Part shown: positions 46,367-51,664 of the stretch, in pieces
Layout: the number at the start of each line of letters is the position of its first letter
Position numbering within the stretch: position 1 is the stretch's first letter
From: a virus
Taxonomy: Duplodnaviria > Caudoviricetes
Reading direction: 5' to 3' (one strand)
Length of the DNA stretch: 51,664 bases
IMG/VR virus record: IMGVR_UViG_3300001473_000098
Location: 1 to 51,664 of that record
Made by a program: the position numbers and the translations under genes
The notes under the pieces: model-generated
What the model was told of the DNA's origin: nothing
The model's database searches: none
What the model saw: the letters and a program-made list of their open reading frames with translations, nothing else

Positions 46367-46554
46367 TCGCATCGTCGCTTGCTTACATCCTGACCGGCTT
46401 GTTTGTTTTTGTCGCGCTTGTCCTCATTGCCGACATCCTCGGCATTGTAAATCGTGCCGCGAAAAGGACTCCGATTGGGAGCCTGGTTCGTTGCATTCTG
46501 GTGTTCTGGCTTCTCGTGGCCGCGCTTATCGCCGCCCTCATCGGGGGGATCTGA
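46363..46554 (+). CDS. Small two-TM membrane protein
   Basis: Two hydrophobic helices; ATGA overlap. Confidence 0.6.
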   Translation: MIASSLAYILTGLFVFVALVLIADILGIVNRAAKRTPIGSLVRCILVFWLLVAALIAALIGGI

Positions 46555-46560
46555 ACGACC

Positions 46561-46872
46561 ATGTCAAAAGATCCCATCACGCACGAAATCATGCGCGCGG
46601 AAATGCACCCGGACGTCTATGCCGGGCCGAACTGCGAAGGCCTCAAGCCCAAATGGCGCTGCAGTTGCGAAAACGACATGGGCGACAATGCCGACCTGGA
46701 CGGCATCGCGCTCGCCAGCACGGCCTTTCCGCCCGGCACAAAGGTCAGCGTGAGGGTCCCGGTCTGTCCCGATTGCAACCTGTCCGCCGACCACGCCATG
46801 ATCGGCAACACGATCGGCCCCTGCCGGTGCGGGTTCGACTGGGTCAAGTGGGCGGAGGGGCGGTATTCATGA
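46561..46872 (+). CDS. Hypothetical zinc-binding protein
   Basis: PVCPDC..CRCGFDW. Confidence 0.65.
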   Translation: MSKDPITHEIMRAEMHPDVYAGPNCEGLKPKWRCSCENDMGDNADLDGIALASTAFPPGTKVSVRVPVCPDCNLSADHAMIGNTIGPCRCGFDWVKWAEGRYS

Positions 46873-47321
46873 CTCGTATCAGCCTCATATCCGCAACGAA
46901 CCCGATCACAGTCGACGACATCGGCAAGTGGGGCATGACACGCAGCGGCCACACGGTTCTTGTGGCCTGCCTGAGAAACGCTACGCCTATACGGGTCATC
47001 GGAACCCTGTTCGACGACGGCGACAATGGCTCCTGTCAGGAATGGTTCGCTTCCGGACGACGGCACCTCGGCGAAATTCATCCCGACGACATCGCTTCCA
47101 TCGAGACGCCTTGCGACGACGTAGCGGTCAAACACGTCGGCGACCTGGTCGCAGCGGCGGAAACCCTGGTCGCCTCTTTACGGACATATCTGTTCAAACG
47201 CACGACGGGGCACGACGAAGCCGGATCCGAAGCGGATCGACAAGTCCTGCTTTCCGACTGGAAAGCCGTCAAAAACGCGCTGGCCGCCTATGAAGCAGCC
47301 CTTGCGAAGGACGGAAAGTGA
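46869..47321 (+). CDS. Hypothetical protein
   Basis: ATGA overlap, GGAGGGG RBS; begins MTRISLIS. Confidence 0.6.
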   Translation: MTRISLISATNPITVDDIGKWGMTRSGHTVLVACLRNATPIRVIGTLFDDGDNGSCQEWFASGRRHLGEIHPDDIASIETPCDDVAVKHVGDLVAAAETLVASLRTYLFKRTTGHDEAGSEADRQVLLSDWKAVKNALAAYEAALAKDGK

Positions 47322-47326
47322 ACCGC

Positions 47327-47806
47327 TTATCCGCCATAGTCTTTGAAGAACGCGATCGGATTGTCGATCGGCGCATTTTCGAAATGCCGGGAAAGCTTCA
47401 GGATCCGGCTGACGGGGATCGATCGGTCGGCCTGATCCCAGTAACAAAAAACCTTCAGGGTCAGTGGCCTTTCGGTCACGGCCTTGACGCGCACGACGCG
47501 GCCATGGGGCGTGTCGCCGTCATCGATCCAGAACGTCGAATGACGCTCCGATTCCTGCGGAGCGTGCGCGATCTGGCCGGGCGTTGCCGCGCGGATCGCC
47601 TTGGCATGCGCCCGCCCGGGCGGGCCGTCGTCTGCCTGGATGATGCCGGCGGCGAAAAAAATGCCGACCGCCACGATCGCCAGGAACAGGGACAGCGCGA
47701 CGCCGTCCGGCCAGGTGTCGGCGGCGCGCTGGGCGGCGAACAGGAACAGGGGCAGCGCCACGACCAGCCGCACCCCCCAGCGAAAAATTGCCATGAACGT
47801 CTTCAA
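47327..47806 (-). CDS. Two-TM membrane protein with C-terminal WYL-like domain
   Basis: Two TM helices, then F.IDDGDT..R.V.V..L.VFC..DQADRSIPVSRIL; antisense to its neighbours. Confidence 0.55.
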   Translation of the reverse strand: MKTFMAIFRWGVRLVVALPLFLFAAQRAADTWPDGVALSLFLAIVAVGIFFAAGIIQADDGPPGRAHAKAIRAATPGQIAHAPQESERHSTFWIDDGDTPHGRVVRVKAVTERPLTLKVFCYWDQADRSIPVSRILKLSRHFENAPIDNPIAFFKDYGG

Positions 47807-47913
47807 GCCGGCTCTCCCTGTTTACGCGATTCCGAGCTTAGCCGCTTTACGGAAAGGTTGAAACACACGTCTTTTCGAAACAGTACCGGCACCGCCCAAG
47901 GAAAGGCCCGTCC

Positions 47914-48111
47914 ATGCTGATCCTGACCAAAAACCTGATCGCCGCGGCCCGCGAAATCGCCGCCGCGCACAAGGCCGAAGCCACCCGCCACACCGATCCA
48001 AACGCCTGGAAAAAGCGTCTTCACCACACCACCCGCGCCGCCAGCGCCGCAAGCCTGGCCGACGACATCGCGGCGATCGAGGCGGACTTAACGAAGGGAA
48101 GCAAGCCATGA
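47914..48111 (+). CDS. Hypothetical protein
   Basis: 65 aa; ATGA-coupled to the next gene. Confidence 0.55.
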   Translation: MLILTKNLIAAAREIAAAHKAEATRHTDPNAWKKRLHHTTRAASAASLADDIAAIEADLTKGSKP

Positions 48112-48317
48112 ACGATTACCGAAAGGCGGCCCGACTGATGATCGACCGCGGTTGCGATTTTGAAGCCATCGACCTCGCATCCGCCTACTGGCAGCGCGGC
48201 GACCACGCGGAAGCCCTGCACCATCTTGAAAAGGGTATGGGCGACATGTTTCCGCACCTCGGCGATTTGCTCAAGACACAAGAGGCGTGGAGCGGGGAAC
48301 CCGCGACAGGGAGATAA
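48108..48317 (+). CDS. Hypothetical protein
   Basis: 69 aa with RBS, within the operon. Confidence 0.6.
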   Translation: MNDYRKAARLMIDRGCDFEAIDLASAYWQRGDHAEALHHLEKGMGDMFPHLGDLLKTQEAWSGEPATGR

Positions 48318-48320
48318 AGA

Positions 48321-49454
48321 ATGAAATTCAAAGCCAACGCCAAGGCCCTGGCCGCCACCCTCGCCGCGATCATGCCGACGGTCGAACGTCGCAACACGAT
48401 CCCGATCCTGAACAATATCGCACTCACCGTCGACGGCGGCGAGGTGACGATCGAGGCGACAAACCTGGACATGTGGACGTCGATCGCGATGGAAGCCGAT
48501 TGCGAAAGCGACGGCCAGGTCACCGTCCCCGGCCAGATCTTCTATTCCATGGTCCGCAATCTGAACGCGGCCGACGGCGACAGCCTGACATTCGAAGTCA
48601 TGGACGACCAGAACGCCCGGGTTCAGTTCAAAAAATCAAGGTACAAGATCGCGACCCTGCCGTTCAGAGATTTCCCGCGTCCGGGCCCGATCGACTATCC
48701 GACATCGTTCATCCTGACGGCCGAAGACGCGGCGACGCTGTTCAAATCCTGCGCGATCGCCATGTCGAACGAGGAAACCCGCTACTATCTGAACGGCATC
48801 TATCTCTGCGCCCAGCCGATCAAGAACCTGGCCGACGGACGGGACAGGCTGGCCGCGGTCGCGACCAACGGCCATCAGCTCGCCGCCGCCGGCGTCGATC
48901 TTCCCGACGGCGCCGCCGGCATGGAGGGCGTGATCGTGCCGCGCGCCGCGGTCGGGATCATCGTCGGCCTGCTGAACGGGGATGCGGAAACCATCCCGAT
49001 CCGGGTCTGCAATCAGCGGATCGAATTCGAAATCGGCCGCGTAACACTGACGTCAAAACTGGTCGACGGAACCTATCCGGACTTTGAACGGGTCATGCCG
49101 GCAAAGGGCACCGCCCCCGTCATCCTGGACACCGACCAAATCCGAACGACTTCGAAAAGCCTTGCCGGGTTCATCAACGGCACCGCGGCAATCGCCATCG
49201 ATATCGAGGGCGACCAGGCACGGTTTTCAGGCCGGGATAACAACACCGGCAACGAAGCCGAAGACACTGTCCGCGTCGACTATCAGGGCGACCCGATCCG
49301 CATCGGGTTCAACGTCAAATATGTCGCCGAATATTTCGGCGCGATCGGCACCGACACCACCGACATGCATCTGTCCGGCGACCAGTCGCCGGCCCTGTTC
49401 ATCCCGCACGGGCGCGACGATGTGCAGTTCGTGCTTATGCCGATGCGGGTTTGA
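48321..49454 (+). CDS. dnaN: DNA polymerase III beta sliding clamp
   Basis: VERRNTIPILNN, EETRYYLNGI, ATNGHQL, KLVDGTYPDFERV, VLMPMRV. Confidence 0.95.
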   Translation: MKFKANAKALAATLAAIMPTVERRNTIPILNNIALTVDGGEVTIEATNLDMWTSIAMEADCESDGQVTVPGQIFYSMVRNLNAADGDSLTFEVMDDQNARVQFKKSRYKIATLPFRDFPRPGPIDYPTSFILTAEDAATLFKSCAIAMSNEETRYYLNGIYLCAQPIKNLADGRDRLAAVATNGHQLAAAGVDLPDGAAGMEGVIVPRAAVGIIVGLLNGDAETIPIRVCNQRIEFEIGRVTLTSKLVDGTYPDFERVMPAKGTAPVILDTDQIRTTSKSLAGFINGTAAIAIDIEGDQARFSGRDNNTGNEAEDTVRVDYQGDPIRIGFNVKYVAEYFGAIGTDTTDMHLSGDQSPALFIPHGRDDVQFVLMPMRV

Positions 49455-49493
49455 TCGACGATGGATCCCGCAGACAAGACCGGAGAAACGGCA

Positions 49494-49808
49494 ATGACAT
49501 ATAGACGCCCAACATACGAAGAACTTGAAATCGCCGCCCTTCAGGAAGCCCTTCGCCGATATGGCGAACGATGGCGCATGGGAACCGTTGAGCCAAGTTC
49601 AGTACAACAGGCCATCGACCGCGCCCTTGAAGGCGAGGACGGCCCGCCCCCGACCTACCAAGACCGCGTTGCGGCCTGGCTTCTCGATTGTTTCGGCCCG
49701 AAAATCGCGGCCGAACATCCGCACGCGCATGCAGGCCGAAACCGAAGCAAAGTGGCTGAAGTGAACACCTACGTCTTTCCACAACCGAAAGGATTGAACC
49801 ATGCCTGA
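49494..49808 (+). CDS. Hypothetical protein, possibly a truncated remnant
   Basis: GGAG RBS; [14 protein letters not shown] motif followed by an unrelated-looking tail. Confidence 0.5.
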   Translation: MTYRRPTYEELEIAALQEALRRYGERWRMGTVEPSSVQQAIDRALEGEDGPPPTYQDRVAAWLLDCFGPKIAAEHPHAHAGRNRSKVAEVNTYVFPQPKGLNHA

Positions 49809-50067
49809 CACCAACCCGGGCGGCGTCGCCGCCGACCAGCTCCGCGCCTTCGTCGAACGGATCGAACGCCTCGAGGAAGAAAAGCAGGCCATCACCGACG
49901 ACATCAAGGACGTCTATGGCGAGGCCAAGGGAACCGGCTTCGACACCAAGATTCTGCGCCAGATCATCCGCCTGCGCAAACAGGACGCCGGCGAACGCCA
50001 GGAACAGGAAGCCTTGCTGGATCTCTACATGCACGCGCTCGGCATGGCGCCGACCGCCGAAGACTAG
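49801..50067 (+). CDS. gapR: GapR/DUF2312 nucleoid-associated protein
   Basis: [44 protein letters not shown]. Confidence 0.95.
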   Translation: MPDTNPGGVAADQLRAFVERIERLEEEKQAITDDIKDVYGEAKGTGFDTKILRQIIRLRKQDAGERQEQEALLDLYMHALGMAPTAED

Positions 50068-50131
50068 GACGCCATCAAGAGGCGAGGACGGCCCCCGCAT
50101 CAAGTGCGGGGCAGGCTCCGAACGGACCGGG

Positions 50132-50335
50132 ATGCGAACAACACCGCCGCGCTACACAGTCGAGCAGTTTGACATCGCCCTTGCGAAGATCGCATCGGTG
50201 ATCGAGACGCATCCGCGCGGCGAAAACGCCTGGCCGATTTTCGACCGTCTCGAGCAAGAACGCGCCAAGCTTATCGGCCGGGCAGACCGCCTGCAGGCCG
50301 CCCTCGATCGCCGGCGCAAGACCCCGGACACATGA
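50132..50335 (+). CDS. Small integrase-adjacent protein (possible directionality factor)
   Basis: 67 aa, WPIFDRLEQE motif, convergent with the integrase. Confidence 0.55.
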   Translation: MRTTPPRYTVEQFDIALAKIASVIETHPRGENAWPIFDRLEQERAKLIGRADRLQAALDRRRKTPDT

Positions 50336-50338
50336 CCG

Positions 50339-51664
50339 TCACGTCAGAAGCCCATCCGGATATTCCAACGCAAGTTTCCTGATCTCACCCTGCCGGAACT
50401 TCAAGGATCCGCCGTCGCCATAGTCCGGCCGGCCGATCGAATGGCCCATCAACCGCATCCGCAATTCCGAATCGATCCCCGCTTCCATCGCCCGCGTTTC
50501 AAAGGCATGTCGGAATGAATAAATCACGTGTTTGTCCGTCGGAAACAGCCCGTTCGCCCGGAAGAACTTCATGGCGGTCGCCGAAAAGCCGTTTTCCTTG
50601 TCTCCATACCGATGCGAAAACCCGTCCGGCCAGCGCCGGAACGCGGCAAGCGAAACGCCGACCAGGGGAATGTCGCGATTGCTCGGGTCCGATTTCACCT
50701 CGCGCCCCATGCGCTGCGTGATCACGATGTGCGGCACGTCGGCGTCAAGGACAATGCATTCCGGCGGAAGGTTGCAGATCTCTGACGGCCTGCACCCCGT
50801 TTCGATCAGGGCAAAAATGATCCCGCGGGCGGCTTCGTTCAGGCCGTCAAGTGCGCCGGGCTTCAGGATTTCATCACGGATCCAGGACGATTCGAATGGC
50901 GGCGGTTTCTCCGACTGCCCGCCCTTGTACGAAAGGTCGCGGAACGGGTTCGGCCGGTCCGCCTGGCCGACATGCCGAAAATACTCACGATAGAGCGTCC
51001 GCATGTTGCCCATGTCACGCTTTGCCGAATTCTGACTGCGCGACCCGTCCAGGACCCGGTTCAGCCAAAACTGATAGAATTTAAGGGCGTTCTCCCGCGT
51101 GATGTCCTGCAGGGGGACGTCGCCGACCACGCGCTTGAAATTGTTGATCGCGCGCAGTTTGACCTTGCGCCAGCTCGCCTTCTGCCCGTTCGATTTGGTT
51201 TGCAGCTCCGCCGCCTTGATCACCTTTTCATAGGTGTCGAACGCGTCATCGAGGGGCGTTTTTGGTTCCGGCACCAAGCCCAGAACCGCATCGACGTCCA
51301 GCCCGGAAGACGTTGATTCGTCGATCAGGGCGGCACGCGCCATGATCAGATCGACAGACGACCGGGCGATTTCATCCGCCGGGAGGTAGGCCAGATTCAG
51401 GGACATGGCGCGCACGGCCGCGGCCTCGTAAAGCTTGCGCGCGGCGTCATTCGGCCCGGCGATCAGCGCCGACCAATACTCATCATGCGCCTTTTCTAGG
51501 ATATCCCGCCGCGCCCGGGCGACCGCGGCATCATGTGTGTTGAGAGATTTCTTGACCCAGACGGCGCCGAAGGTCTCGCGAACGTTTTTCGGCACACGGC
51601 GAACATACCGATAGCCGCCCCTTGTCCGTTTTTCGAGGTAACGATCTTCCTGTTCCGAACCCAA
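50339..51664 (-). CDS. int: Tyrosine integrase with N-terminal DUF6538-like arm-binding domain
   Basis: YVRRVP..KSLNT; TGCRPSEI, VKS, YSFRH, LMGH, DYG; TTG start at the window edge. Confidence 0.92.
   Translation of the reverse strand: MGSEQEDRYLEKRTRGGYRYVRRVPKNVRETFGAVWVKKSLNTHDAAVARARRDILEKAHDEYWSALIAGPNDAARKLYEAAAVRAMSLNLAYLPADEIARSSVDLIMARAALIDESTSSGLDVDAVLGLVPEPKTPLDDAFDTYEKVIKAAELQTKSNGQKASWRKVKLRAINNFKRVVGDVPLQDITRENALKFYQFWLNRVLDGSRSQNSAKRDMGNMRTLYREYFRHVGQADRPNPFRDLSYKGGQSEKPPPFESSWIRDEILKPGALDGLNEAARGIIFALIETGCRPSEICNLPPECIVLDADVPHIVITQRMGREVKSDPSNRDIPLVGVSLAAFRRWPDGFSHRYGDKENGFSATAMKFFRANGLFPTDKHVIYSFRHAFETRAMEAGIDSELRMRLMGHSIGRPDYGDGGSLKFRQGEIRKLALEYPDGLLT

Larger units (their letters stand above)
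1..51664. mobile_element. Temperate prophage/phage genome: lambda-like head, Mu-like contractile tail, tyrosine integrase; alphaproteobacterial host
   Basis: Ordered, complete-looking modules for lysis, tail, head, packaging, replication, immunity and integration. att sites not seen, so boundaries are undefined. Confidence 0.93.

Overview
The window is an apparently near-complete temperate (pro)phage of an alphaproteobacterium; the host inference rests on GapR, a DUF6456-like late regulator and Rhizobiales-type gene families. Left to right it holds: small accessory ORFs; a Com-coupled, two-frame C5 DNA methyltransferase; an SRAP protein; the lysis cassette; a Mu-like contractile tail; a lambda-like head and packaging module; a PR'/tR'-like late promoter; an iteron-like origin with primase and helicase; an early operon with three further methyltransferases; the cro/cI immunity region; a second early operon (PAPS-reductase family, dnaN, gapR); and a tyrosine integrase at the right edge. 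No att sites, tRNA, rRNA or CRISPR arrays were seen. Most notable: (1) the immunity region pairs a repressor lacking a peptidase domain with a PAS_5-like protein and a convergent GNAT-fold enzyme, a candidate small-molecule lysis/lysogeny signalling system; (2) a stand-alone FixL-like PAS protein with the heme-ligand His position conserved sits in the lysis cassette; (3) one 25-bp palindromic element occurs once in each of the three main transcription units, always in the same orientation relative to transcription; (4) a nested out-of-frame methyltransferase subunit whose partner's start codon lies in a Mu-TIS-like hairpin. All family calls come from motif recognition by eye; no database search was run.
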